NCBI GenBank assembly: GCA_021792485.1
Contig: JAJYUO010000001.1
Span: 4,276 to 35,822 of the forward strand
From: Thermoplasmata archaeon
Lineage (GTDB): Archaea > Thermoplasmatota > Thermoplasmata > Lutacidiplasmatales > UBA184
Direction: 5' to 3'
Length of the DNA: 31,547 nucleotides
A model generated the notes under the pieces. That model saw only the letters and a list, made by a program, of their open reading frames with translations. It did no database searches and was not told the origin of the DNA. A program made the translations under genes and the position numbers. Of the stretch, positions 8,785 through 17,249 are shown one piece after another. The number at the start of each line of letters is the position of its first letter. Within the stretch, counting starts at the first letter, position 1.

Positions 8785-9177
8785 ATGCAAGGCGCCGAGT
8801 CGTACCCGAGGACAGCCTATCTTCTGTCTCTGGTTGGTGGCATCTTGGTGCTCTTCCTGAGCATCATCCTGGCGATCCTGTATGCCGTTCTCGCGTCGGT
8901 CAGCCTATCGTTCGGCTTCGGCTTCGCCGCGGGGATTGCCATCGGGTTGGCGGTATTGGCGCTCCTGATGGGGGTCCTGATACTGGTCTTCGCCCTTCGG
9001 ATGAAGAACCACCCCGAGAGCGCTCAGATGGCAGGAGTCGTTGTTCTCATCTGCGCGATCATCAGCTTCGTCGGAGGCGGAGGGTTCTACATCGGAGCCA
9101 TCCTCGCCATCGTCGGCGGGATCCTCGCGCTCATCTGGAAGCGGCCCGCCGCGACGACGTCGGCGCCATCGGCGTAA
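8785..9177 (+). CDS. small integral membrane protein (about 4 TM helices; DUF4064/DUF6114-like)
   Basis: Hydrophobic helices with YPRTAYLLSLVGGIL and GGGFYIGAILAIVGGILAL. The ATG fits the TATA spacing. Confidence 0.8.
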   Translation: MQGAESYPRTAYLLSLVGGILVLFLSIILAILYAVLASVSLSFGFGFAAGIAIGLAVLALLMGVLILVFALRMKNHPESAQMAGVVVLICAIISFVGGGGFYIGAILAIVGGILALIWKRPAATTSAPSA

Positions 9178-9235
9178 ATCGGGTGCCGACCGCTCGACCG
9201 GGACGGGCCCTCCCGACGGACGTACCGTTCCCTCC

Positions 9236-9269
9236 GGGCGACGCGACCGCCCTCGCTCGCGCGTCGCCC
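9236..9269. other. 10-bp inverted repeat (possible hairpin)
   Basis: GGGCGACGCG (9236-9245) and CGCGTCGCCC (9260-9269), downstream of the membrane protein gene. Confidence 0.45.
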
Positions 9270-9636
9270 CTAGCATAGCCGAATCCCCATTCCGAAAGAG
9301 CTGGCACATCCCTACGCGCATGAGGTGACAACCGGCACGAGCTGCGAGTGGGGGCCCGCGAGGGGGCGCAGGTTCGCCCTCCACTACGGCCCGGTGGCGT
9401 TCGGATCCGTACGCGGTTGGAGGAGTACGCCCAAGCGATGGAAGGAACCGTCGCGGGCAACGGACGGCACGACTCTTTGCTCCCTCGCCGCGGGGTGAGC
9501 TCGGATCGCCCCGCGCGCGAACGATCGGTATCGCGAACTCACCGATCGCGAGGTTCCGCACGAGCGGGAAATGCGCTGGTGGGCGTTCCCGTTCATCCAT
9601 TTGTATCTCTCCCTCCTATCGACGATGGGTTCTATC

Positions 9637-10236
9637 ATGTCCAAGCCGAAGATCGCCATCATCGGCCGCGGTCACGTGGCCAACGCCATTCAGCAGGGCG
9701 CCGAACGAGCCGGATACGAAGTTCGAACGACGGGCCACGATGCGAAGGACGTTTCCCTCGCAGCATCGTGGGGCGACGTCCTCATCCTCGCAGTGCCGGG
9801 ACCGGCCCGAAGGGCGACGGTGCAGGAGCTCGGCGACGTTCGCGGGAAGGTTCTGGTCGATCCGACGAATCTGCTGAGTCCCGACTACTCGTCCTATACG
9901 GGGGACCCGAGCAAAAGCGGCGCAGAGGAACTCCAAGAATGGGCGGCCGGCGCTCGCGTGGTCAAAGCATTCAATACGGTGTTCGCGGTGCACATGTCGA
10001 CGGGGAAGATTCAAGGCGAGCCGATCAGCCTCTTCGTGGCCGCGGACGATCCGGAAGCGAAGGCCCAGGTCCTCCGGCTCGGCAAGGATATCGGTTTCCA
10101 CGCGGTCGATGCGGGACCTCTGAGGAACGCCCGCATGCTCGAGCCGCTTGGGGTGCTCAACATCCAGCTCTCGAGGGGTCCGTCGCACTACGGTCCTGGC
10201 ATCGGGTTCAGACTGATCGGTGCCCCGTCCAAATAG
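9637..10236 (+). CDS. NADPH-dependent F420 reductase-like oxidoreductase (F420_oxidored family)
   Basis: KIAIIGRGHVA Rossmann motif, DVLILAVP, GKVLVDPTN, SGAEELQ, VVKAFNT, and DAGPL.NAR.LEP. Confidence 0.88.
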   Translation: MSKPKIAIIGRGHVANAIQQGAERAGYEVRTTGHDAKDVSLAASWGDVLILAVPGPARRATVQELGDVRGKVLVDPTNLLSPDYSSYTGDPSKSGAEELQEWAAGARVVKAFNTVFAVHMSTGKIQGEPISLFVAADDPEAKAQVLRLGKDIGFHAVDAGPLRNARMLEPLGVLNIQLSRGPSHYGPGIGFRLIGAPSK

Positions 10237-10349
10237 CCGGCTCTGCCGCCGCCTCGCGACCCCCGGACGGGACGGCGGTTCCGAGCCCCCGCCCTCCCAC
10301 CGAAGCGCTCAAGGGAATCCGCCGTATGCATGCGCGACAGGATTCCCGC

Positions 10350-10544
10350 ATGCCGCGGCCGGCTCCCGGCTCCGAATCAGTCCTCCCGAACCCGTTTCCC
10401 TCCCGCTGCCCGGTCTGTGAAGGGCTCCTGAGCCCTCCGGTCAGCGGGGACGTCCATTGCTACGTCTACTGCCTTCGGTGCGGCACGGAGTTTCAACTAG
10501 ATGACCCTCGCCTGACCGTTCCAAGGACCGACACGCCGGGATAG
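10350..10544 (+). CDS. small zinc-finger protein (CPxC...CxxCG)
   Basis: 64 aa with CPVCEG and CLRCG knuckles, filling an intergenic gap on the same strand as its neighbours. Confidence 0.7.
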   Translation: MPRPAPGSESVLPNPFPSRCPVCEGLLSPPVSGDVHCYVYCLRCGTEFQLDDPRLTVPRTDTPG

Positions 10545-10595
10545 CCACGAGCCGAACGGACAAGCTCATCAGCCGTCCGGCTCGTGGTCGATCGG

Positions 10596-11336
10596 ATGCC
10601 GAGGCGCGGGCCGCTCATGTTCCACGAACTCGCCGCGATCTACGACCTAACCTACGCGGCGAAAGACTACCGCCACGAATGCCGGGCGTTGAAGGACCTT
10701 GCCGGCGCGTCGGCCCACGGGCCGGTCGAACGCTGGCTCGATGTGGCGTGCGGCACCGGTCGTCATCTCGAGTTCCTCCGGCGCGACTACGAGGTTGTGG
10801 GCGTCGACCTGAGCCCCCAGATGTTGCGCATCGCCCGGCGTCGACTGCCGGGGATCCGACTCGTGACAGGCGACATGCGCACGTTCGATCTCGGAGAACG
10901 GTTCGACGTTCTCAGTTGCCTATTCAGCGCCATCGGCCACCTTTCGTCCGAGCGGGAGCTGGCAAGGACGTTCGCGAACTTCGCGCGTCACCTCCGGCCC
11001 GGTGGGGTCGCGATCGTGGAACCGTGGATCGATCCTCGCGATTGGAAGCCCGGACACATCCATCTGGTGACGCAACAGAACTCCGAGCGAACGTTCGTGC
11101 GTTTGGCCACGTCGCGCCGCCGGAGGAACCGGTCGTTGATCCATTACCACTACCTTTTAGCCGAGCCGGGGAAAGAGGTTCGTTACCGGGACGATATCGA
11201 CGTGGGCCTCATGGTACCGCGTGAACGAATCGCCGAGATCCTGCGACAGGCCGGGTTCCGGGTTCGGTTTGTGCGACCTCCCGAATTTTCGACCGGCCGC
11301 GGTCTGATCGTGGGCCGCCGATCGCGCGATGGGTGA
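10596..11336 (+). CDS. class I SAM-dependent methyltransferase (TylM1/DesVI-like architecture)
   Basis: WLDVACGTGRH, GVDLS, GDMRTFDLGERFDVLSCLFSAIG, VEPW and C-terminal GRGLIVG. Start is ATG 10596 or 10617. Confidence 0.9.
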   Translation: MPRRGPLMFHELAAIYDLTYAAKDYRHECRALKDLAGASAHGPVERWLDVACGTGRHLEFLRRDYEVVGVDLSPQMLRIARRRLPGIRLVTGDMRTFDLGERFDVLSCLFSAIGHLSSERELARTFANFARHLRPGGVAIVEPWIDPRDWKPGHIHLVTQQNSERTFVRLATSRRRRNRSLIHYHYLLAEPGKEVRYRDDIDVGLMVPRERIAEILRQAGFRVRFVRPPEFSTGRGLIVGRRSRDG

Positions 11337-11487
11337 TCGGCGGGAGGACGATTGAAGTCGGGCGACCCGGATCCGATCGCTCGATCCGAGCGCGGGAGGA
11401 TGGACGGGGGGAAGCCCCCCATCCATTCGAGGACACGTTTTCCCGTTGATGGCCGACGGGATGGACCTTCCGGGCGTCGGTCCCGAG

Positions 11488-11590
11488 TGTCGGAGGGGGG
11501 ATTTGAACCCCCGGCCCCAGGATCTCTCCCGCGGTGCGCCCGCGCACCGCGCTATGAGTCCCGTGCTCTACCAGGCTGAGCCACTCCGAC
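11488..11590 (-). tRNA. tRNA-Met(CAT), probably elongator, with a 29-nt intron (11524-11552) at position 37/38
   Basis: Acceptor stem GTCGGAG/CTCCGAC, D-arm GCTCAGCCTGGTAGAGC, anticodon stem CGGGA/TCCTG with loop CT-CAT-A|A, and T-arm GGGGG-TTCAAAT-CCCCC. The intron is GCGCGGTGCGCGGGCGCACCGCGGGAGAG. No CCA is encoded. Confidence 0.95.
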
Positions 11591-11636
11591 AGGAAACCGA
11601 CCGGTGGACCGGGCCATCGCCCCCTCCGACCCGTAT

Positions 11637-12350
11637 CTACGCCGACGGAGCCGGAGCATCCGCGGCGGTCGGCATCGCGTCGCTGTCGGAAGGGGCGCCG
11701 ACCTCCGCCGCCTCTGAAGACGGAAGTTCCTCCGCGATCTGTCCGAGCACGTCGGAGCGACGGATCTCGATCTTCTTGAGTGGATACAACGGCTTCACAC
11801 CGTGAGCGAGGAGCTTCGTGAGCTCCCCCCCGAGCACCTCCCGGACGAGCTCGACGGCCGAGCGCTGGGCGGCCTCCTCGACGAGGATCTCCTCGATCCG
11901 GTGGCGCAGCTCGGCGCGCAGACGGGTCTGCAGGCGTTGCTCCCCGACGGCGACCGGCTTGAGCACCATCTTGACGGCATCGCGGGTAGTCACCTCGACC
12001 GAGAGGTCGATCTTCGACCGCTTTCGGCGGGCGAGGCGGCGCACGTAGTCGCTCGTGAGCTCGTGCCCGATGAACTGGGTCTGGGCGACCTGATCGGCGC
12101 CTACCTGCGTGATCTGGAAACGGAGCTTGACATGGGCCTTGGCGAGATCGGCCCCGCCCGAAACCTCCTCGAGGGTCGTCTCTAGCGTGCGCCCGGCCAA
12201 CTGCTCCGGTTCGTTGGCCGGTGTCTCGCCGAGGAGCGCGTGCTGGAAGAGACCGGGGGCCTGGACTCGGTACCAGATCTTGGACCGCCACTTGTCCTTG
12301 ACCGTCCGCGCTGCGGCCGCCTTGCGAGTGGGGGTCTCTTTCTCGGGCAT
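11637..12350 (-). CDS. rps3ae: 30S ribosomal protein S3Ae
   Basis: VKDKWRSKIWYRVQAP, GRTLETTL, HELTSDYVRRLARRKRSKID and YPLKKIEIRRS. ATG at 12350. Confidence 0.97.
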   Translation of the reverse strand: MPEKETPTRKAAAARTVKDKWRSKIWYRVQAPGLFQHALLGETPANEPEQLAGRTLETTLEEVSGGADLAKAHVKLRFQITQVGADQVAQTQFIGHELTSDYVRRLARRKRSKIDLSVEVTTRDAVKMVLKPVAVGEQRLQTRLRAELRHRIEEILVEEAAQRSAVELVREVLGGELTKLLAHGVKPLYPLKKIEIRRSDVLGQIAEELPSSEAAEVGAPSDSDAMPTAADAPAPSA

Positions 12351-12379
12351 TTTCGAGGGGCCGACCGAGCGGGGTGCCG

Positions 12380-12386
12380 TACTTAA
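12380..12386 (-). promoter_or_regulatory. putative TATA box of rps3ae
   Basis: TTAAGTA on the minus strand about 30 nt upstream of the ATG. The same TTAAGTAC occurs upstream of tusA at 29051-29058. Confidence 0.55.
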
Positions 12387-12506
12387 TGCTGGCGACGGGC
12401 AGGCATCCCGTTTCGATCGGGGCTTCCCTCCGGGCGGTCCTCCCTTGCTCGGGCGAATCGATGGTCGCTCGGCAAACGAGATAACCGCATCCCAGCTCCG
12501 CGCCGC

Positions 12507-14045
12507 ATGGCCGCGGCCGCCCGCCCAGAGTCGATTCCTGTCGGATCTCGCGCGAGCGCTCAGGACCTGAGGGCGGCAGGCGAGGTCGCGGTACGTTCGG
12601 CGGAACGCCTGCGCGCTCGCATTCTCGAGCGGCTCAGCGCCTCTCAGAAGGCCGGGGCCGCTCGGACCGAAGCGCTCGCCGCGCTCTTCCCGCACACGGT
12701 CCTACCGGCCCAGACCTACGAGGACCTGACCGCCGCCCTCCTCTCGGGAGCCCATGTCCTCTTCTTCGGCCCTTCCGGTGCGGGCAAGACGAGCCTCGCG
12801 AAGGACCTGTGGGAGCTGTTCCCAAAGGAGGCGTGGGCCGTCCAGGGCTGCCCGGTGCTCGACCATCCGCTGAGCATCGTCGATCCGGATACCGCGGACC
12901 GCTTCCCTCCCTGCCCGATCTGCCGTCGGCGGTTCGCGCCGGAACACGACGCGACCCGTTTCGATCCACGATCGATCGACGCATCGGCGGTCCCCGCCGA
13001 GCTCGTTCGGCTGCACGAGGGCTTCGGCTTCGCCCGCCTCCAGGGGAGTTCCGAGGTCTTCCCCGACCACCTCACGGGAAACATCAATCTCCGCCGTCTC
13101 GAAGAGATCGGCGACCCGATGAGCCCCCTCGTCCTCGAGCCCGGCAAGCTGCTCCAAGCGAACCGCGGCATGCTCCTCGTCGACGAGATCGGGAAGCTGC
13201 CGCTGGGCACGCAGAACGTACTGCTCCAAGCGCTGCAGGAGGGGACCGTCACTCCGGCCAAGACCCGCGAGAGCTTCCCCGCCGAGTTCCTCGCCGTCTG
13301 CACGTCGAACCTCTCCGATCTCGACAACATCAACGACCCGCTTTCCGACCGACTCTCGAGCCTCCACGTCGGCTACAACCGCCATCATGCGGACAACCGG
13401 CGGATCGTGACCGTAGGGGGAGGGGACCGTCCCTTCGGCTTCGTACCCGAGATTCTCACGGACGCGGGAATCCGCGTGATCGAGGCCTGGCGCTTGCGGA
13501 ACTCGGACGACAATCCCGATATCGGGGAGGTCGGCTCGAACCGAACGCTCATCGACGTTGCGGCGCGCACGAGCGCGATCGCGTTGCTCCAGGGGCGTTC
13601 GATCCCGAACCCGGACGACCTCAAGTGCGGGCTGATCCACGCGATGCGCGGGCGCATCCGGGCGCGCAGCGGCGAGTCGTTCCAACAGAACGAGAAGCGT
13701 GTCGCCGAGTTCGTCGGGCAGTACCTCGAGCCGGCGCTGAAGCGCAGCGCCGGGGTCTACTGGTGCCGGTTCTTTCGCGGGCCCCTCAAGGAGAGGGACC
13801 CGGACGCCCAGAGCCTGATCGGGGAAGGGCGACGGCTCACCTCCGATCCGAAGCTCGCCGCCCAGCTCCACAACGAGGGAGAGCTGTTCCCGCAGTTCCG
13901 CGGATTCGCCGCATGGGTAGGCTCCATCGAGCACCCGCCCGCGAGCCTCGGGAACCACGCCGTGGCGCTCGAGGAGTTCCGGTTGCTCGAGCAGTTCTCG
14001 CTCTTCTCCTGCCCGGAGGGCGTGGACGACGACGCCAGCCTCTGA
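12507..14045 (+). CDS. AAA+ ATPase, ChlI/MoxR-like, with a Cys-rich insertion
   Basis: Walker A GPSGAGKT, Walker B LLVDE, RLQGS, PGKLLQANRG and sensor-1 TSN...LSDRL. Insertion CPVLDHP...CPIC. Confidence 0.88.
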   Translation: MAAAARPESIPVGSRASAQDLRAAGEVAVRSAERLRARILERLSASQKAGAARTEALAALFPHTVLPAQTYEDLTAALLSGAHVLFFGPSGAGKTSLAKDLWELFPKEAWAVQGCPVLDHPLSIVDPDTADRFPPCPICRRRFAPEHDATRFDPRSIDASAVPAELVRLHEGFGFARLQGSSEVFPDHLTGNINLRRLEEIGDPMSPLVLEPGKLLQANRGMLLVDEIGKLPLGTQNVLLQALQEGTVTPAKTRESFPAEFLAVCTSNLSDLDNINDPLSDRLSSLHVGYNRHHADNRRIVTVGGGDRPFGFVPEILTDAGIRVIEAWRLRNSDDNPDIGEVGSNRTLIDVAARTSAIALLQGRSIPNPDDLKCGLIHAMRGRIRARSGESFQQNEKRVAEFVGQYLEPALKRSAGVYWCRFFRGPLKERDPDAQSLIGEGRRLTSDPKLAAQLHNEGELFPQFRGFAAWVGSIEHPPASLGNHAVALEEFRLLEQFSLFSCPEGVDDDASL

Positions 14046-15834
14046 CGCCGAGATCCACCTGCCCGACTGCGCGGGGTACCCGGACGACGTCCGCTCCGCC
14101 GACCTTCTCGACACGCTGGATCCCGCCGCGCTCGTACGGGCCGTCGCCGAGAACGGCGCATTGGGCGCGCACGCGCTGGTCCGGGAACGCGCCCGCGAGG
14201 ACGCCGAACTGGAGCGGCGCCTCGCCGCCCTGCGCGAGCGGGTCCGCCGGCAGGCGGAGCGTGACATCGTGCGCTCGGCCGAAGGGTACGATCGGCGCCT
14301 AGAGGAGCTCTCGATCGCGGAACGCCGCACGAAGGAGGAGATCGACCGGGAGATCGCCCAGTTGGAAGAGAAGCTGCGCGCGAGCCGGGCCCGGGGGCGC
14401 GCGGCCTTCGCTTTACCCGAACTGGCGCCCGAGGTTACCGCCGCCCTCCTGCTCCCGACCGCCTCCTGGAACCAACCTCCCCACCTCTCGCTGTGGCAGC
14501 GCCTGCGGGCCTGGTTCTCCCGTCTCTTCGCCCGCCTCTTCCACCGACGATCGGCCGGGGCGAGGCCCGAGCCCGAAGCCGGCCGCCGCCTCCCGATCGC
14601 CGCTCTCTCGGTGGACGGCCGGACCTTGGGACCTTCCGCGCTCGGAGAAGCGCTCGCCCGACTCTCGGCGGACCAAGAGACGGAACTCTCCGAGCGCGTC
14701 GGTCAGCAGATCCGAACGAGCGAGAGCGACCTTCGGAGGCAGGCCGAGCAGAAGCGACGCGACGCCGAGGCCCAGCGTCGCCGGCTGGAAGAGGAGAAGC
14801 ACGCTGCCCTCGCGCGTGACCAGACAGAGATCGAACGAAAAGTCCGGGAGGCCGAGGACCGTCGGATCGATCGCGAACTGCGGGAGCGCGGGATGGTGGT
14901 GACGACTCCTCAGGGCCTCGCGGTCACCTACGCCCTGGTCGAGCGATTCGCCCGCCTCTTGTTGGCGGAGGAGGAGCACCGAGTCCCGGCGGAAGTGCGG
15001 TTCGCCCTCCGAGGCGGTGCCGCCACGGGGATCTACGAGAAGGCGCGCCTCCGTCAGCCGGACGAGGTCGCCCGCCTCGACGTTCCGAGTTCGCTGATCG
15101 CGGCCCGGCTCGTAGGGCAGAAGCACTTGGACGAGTCGACGAGCTACATTTACCGCGAGGCGACGGGCGAGACCGTCCAAGTCGTGCTCGCCCTCGATCG
15201 CTCGGGCAGCATGGCCGAGGACGGCAAGCTCGAGGCGGCGAAGAAGGCCTTGCTCGCGCTCTACGTCGCGATCCGTCGCAAATACCCGACCGCGACGATC
15301 GACGTTCTCGCCTTCGATAACGTCGTCCAGGTGATGGATCTTGCGGAGCTCTGGAGCTCTTCCCCCGGCGCCTTCACGAACACGGCCGAGGCGCTTCGGA
15401 CCGCGGCCCACCTCTTCGGTAGCGCGCGGGCGGTGAGCCGACGGGAGTTCTTCCTCATCACCGACGGCCTTCCCGAGGCCTACACCGATACGGACGGCAT
15501 CGTCCGGGCCGGTCAGCTGGACTCCGCGATGAGCGCGGCCCTCGACCGCGCTAGGGAGCTCGCCAAGGTCCGGCCCCTCCGCTTCTCGATGATTCTCCTG
15601 AAATCGCCGCACGCCGAGTACGAAACGGCCGCGCGGGCGATCGCGCGCACGATCGGCGGCGAGCTCGTGGTGACGGATCCGTCCCGACTGGGCGTCGAAC
15701 TTTTGGTACGGTGGGCCCACGACACCGAGGTCGTGCACCGCCCGGTCGCCGCAGCCCCCCTGGCAGTGCCGAAGCCCTCGGCGGCCGCGGGCGCGGGCCG
15801 ACGTCGGCGCGCCGATCGCCGCATGGGGGGCTGA
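14026..15834 (+). CDS. vWA domain protein with N-terminal coiled coil (start uncertain: ACG 14026 proposed, TTG 14161 in track)
   Basis: Intact MIDAS motif DRSGS...T(FTNT)...ITDG. The frame is open from 13921, and a GGAGG lies 6 nt before ACG 14026. Confidence 0.85.
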   Translation, partial: TTTPASDAEIHLPDCAGYPDDVRSADLLDTLDPAALVRAVAENGALGAHALVRERAREDAELERRLAALRERVRRQAERDIVRSAEGYDRRLEELSIAERRTKEEIDREIAQLEEKLRASRARGRAAFALPELAPEVTAALLLPTASWNQPPHLSLWQRLRAWFSRLFARLFHRRSAGARPEPEAGRRLPIAALSVDGRTLGPSALGEALARLSADQETELSERVGQQIRTSESDLRRQAEQKRRDAEAQRRRLEEEKHAALARDQTEIERKVREAEDRRIDRELRERGMVVTTPQGLAVTYALVERFARLLLAEEEHRVPAEVRFALRGGAATGIYEKARLRQPDEVARLDVPSSLIAARLVGQKHLDESTSYIYREATGETVQVVLALDRSGSMAEDGKLEAAKKALLALYVAIRRKYPTATIDVLAFDNVVQVMDLAELWSSSPGAFTNTAEALRTAAHLFGSARAVSRREFFLITDGLPEAYTDTDGIVRAGQLDSAMSAALDRARELAKVRPLRFSMILLKSPHAEYETAARAIARTIGGELVVTDPSRLGVELLVRWAHDTEVVHRPVAAAPLAVPKPSAAAGAGRRRRADRRMGG

Positions 15835-15925
15835 CCGCCCGCTCCGAGCCGACCGGCGGATTCGTCTCCGAGCCGGCTCAATCTTTATCCGCTGCCCCGG
15901 ACCTAGCGCGTTGGGTCGATCGATC

Positions 15926-16360
15926 ATGGCCGACAACCGCGAGCAGTCTCAGCTGCGCACGCACCTTAATCAGATCAAAGAGGCCGTCAAGGGGATCGGC
16001 CACGACTTCTCGGTGGAGATCGAGAGGCTCGACCGGAAGATCAGCCGGCTGAGCGACGAGACCGGCGCCGAGGCCGAACGCTCGATCGCCGACATCCGCC
16101 GCGACATGAACCACCTCCGGATCGATGTCGAGGACGAGCTGCGGGGGCTGCCGTCGGCGCTCACGGACGCCGGATTCGCGATCGGATCGAAGACCCGTGG
16201 CGCCGCGATCGCGGCCAAAGACGTCCTCTATAGCGCGACGCACAGCGCGAAGCGGGGGACGAAGAACCTGCTCGCGCGCGCCGGTGGCGTCAAGAAGGGG
16301 CCGATGCGCGAGTGGAGCCCGCCGCCGGACGAGAACGACCCGGGCCGCTCGAAGAACTGA
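15926..16360 (+). CDS. hypothetical coiled-coil protein
   Basis: ATG 15926, helical heptad-like composition, and TTTAT at 15884-15888 upstream. Confidence 0.75.
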   Translation: MADNREQSQLRTHLNQIKEAVKGIGHDFSVEIERLDRKISRLSDETGAEAERSIADIRRDMNHLRIDVEDELRGLPSALTDAGFAIGSKTRGAAIAAKDVLYSATHSAKRGTKNLLARAGGVKKGPMREWSPPPDENDPGRSKN

Positions 16361-17249
16361 ACCCTCCCTCGCCGCGCTCGAGCGCGGCTCGGACCCGGTC
16401 CCGTGCCACCGCCAGATACGCTGCATCGATGTCGAACCCGAGGAATGGCCGCCCGGTCCGGACCGCGGCCACCGCGCTCGACCCGATCCCGACGAACGGG
16501 TCGGCCCACCGTCGTACCCGCAAGCGACCATGGAGCCGGATACACCACTCCGCGAGCTCCGGCGGGAACGAGGCCGGGTGGGGGCGGTCCCGGCTTCTCC
16601 GCTGGATCGTGGCGTACGGCAGGAACCAGGTGTTTCCCCGGCACCGAAGCCGGTCCCGTCCCGACCTCCAGCGATGCACGTTCGACGGGTCCTGGTAGGC
16701 GACGCCCAGGGCGAGCCGGTCGATCGACACGTCTCCGCGCCGGGTGAAATGGAAGATGTACTCGTGGGCGCCGTGGACGTACCGGGAGGAGGCGATCGGG
16801 CGGTAGTGTCCCAAGGCGACGTCCCGGCCGAGGCCGGCGGCCCGCCCGGCGAACCGTCGCTCGATGGCGATCGACTTCACCCAATGCAGGACGTTCTGAA
16901 GGACGAAGGTCTTGCCGACCTCCCGGGCCACGTCCCAGGCGAGCCAGGGGTCCCGTGGAGGGCTCCCGACGTTGAGGAAGAACGAACCCCGGCCGGAGAG
17001 CGCGCGATCGACGGCCGCGGCGAGGTCGCCGATCCAGCGGAGGTACTCGTTCCGAGGCCGGCGGTCCCGGTAGGTCGTGTACGGTTGGCCCAGATTGTAC
17101 GGAGGAGACGTGACGATCACGTCCAGCGACCGCGGTTTCGCTCGCCGCCCGAGTCCGACCAACCCGTCCTCGCGGTAGAGTTCGATCGATCCCCGCGTAC
17201 CCGGAAGTCGAAAGCGCGCGTACGGGGCACCGCGCGAGACCCCGGTCAC
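16290..17249 (-). CDS. site-specific DNA methyltransferase, beta-class amino (N4C/N6A) type, orphan
   Basis: Motif IV TSPPY precedes HPASFP and motif I DPFVGIGSS...GFDID (beta order). GTG 17249 overlaps the TGA of the upstream ATPase. Confidence 0.9.
   Translation of the reverse strand: MTGVSRGAPYARFRLPGTRGSIELYREDGLVGLGRRAKPRSLDVIVTSPPYNLGQPYTTYRDRRPRNEYLRWIGDLAAAVDRALSGRGSFFLNVGSPPRDPWLAWDVAREVGKTFVLQNVLHWVKSIAIERRFAGRAAGLGRDVALGHYRPIASSRYVHGAHEYIFHFTRRGDVSIDRLALGVAYQDPSNVHRWRSGRDRLRCRGNTWFLPYATIQRRSRDRPHPASFPPELAEWCIRLHGRLRVRRWADPFVGIGSSAVAAVRTGRPFLGFDIDAAYLAVARDRVRAALERGEGGFSSSSGPGRSRPAAGSTRASAPS

Noticed and set aside
9178-9636. SRP RNA or RNase P RNA
   Set aside because: The hallmark motifs (GGAAGGGAGCA helix-8 type, GAGGAAAGTCC) were not found on either strand by eye.
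11337-11487. Short repeats (CGGGAGGA twice) and a GGGGG/CCCCC hairpin downstream of tRNA-Met
   Set aside because: Too short and low-complexity to support a repeat or RNA call.
12507-15834. Mg/Co chelatase for tetrapyrrole synthesis
   Set aside because: No ChlH/CobN or other tetrapyrrole genes are adjacent. A generic AAA+/vWA call is all the sequence supports.
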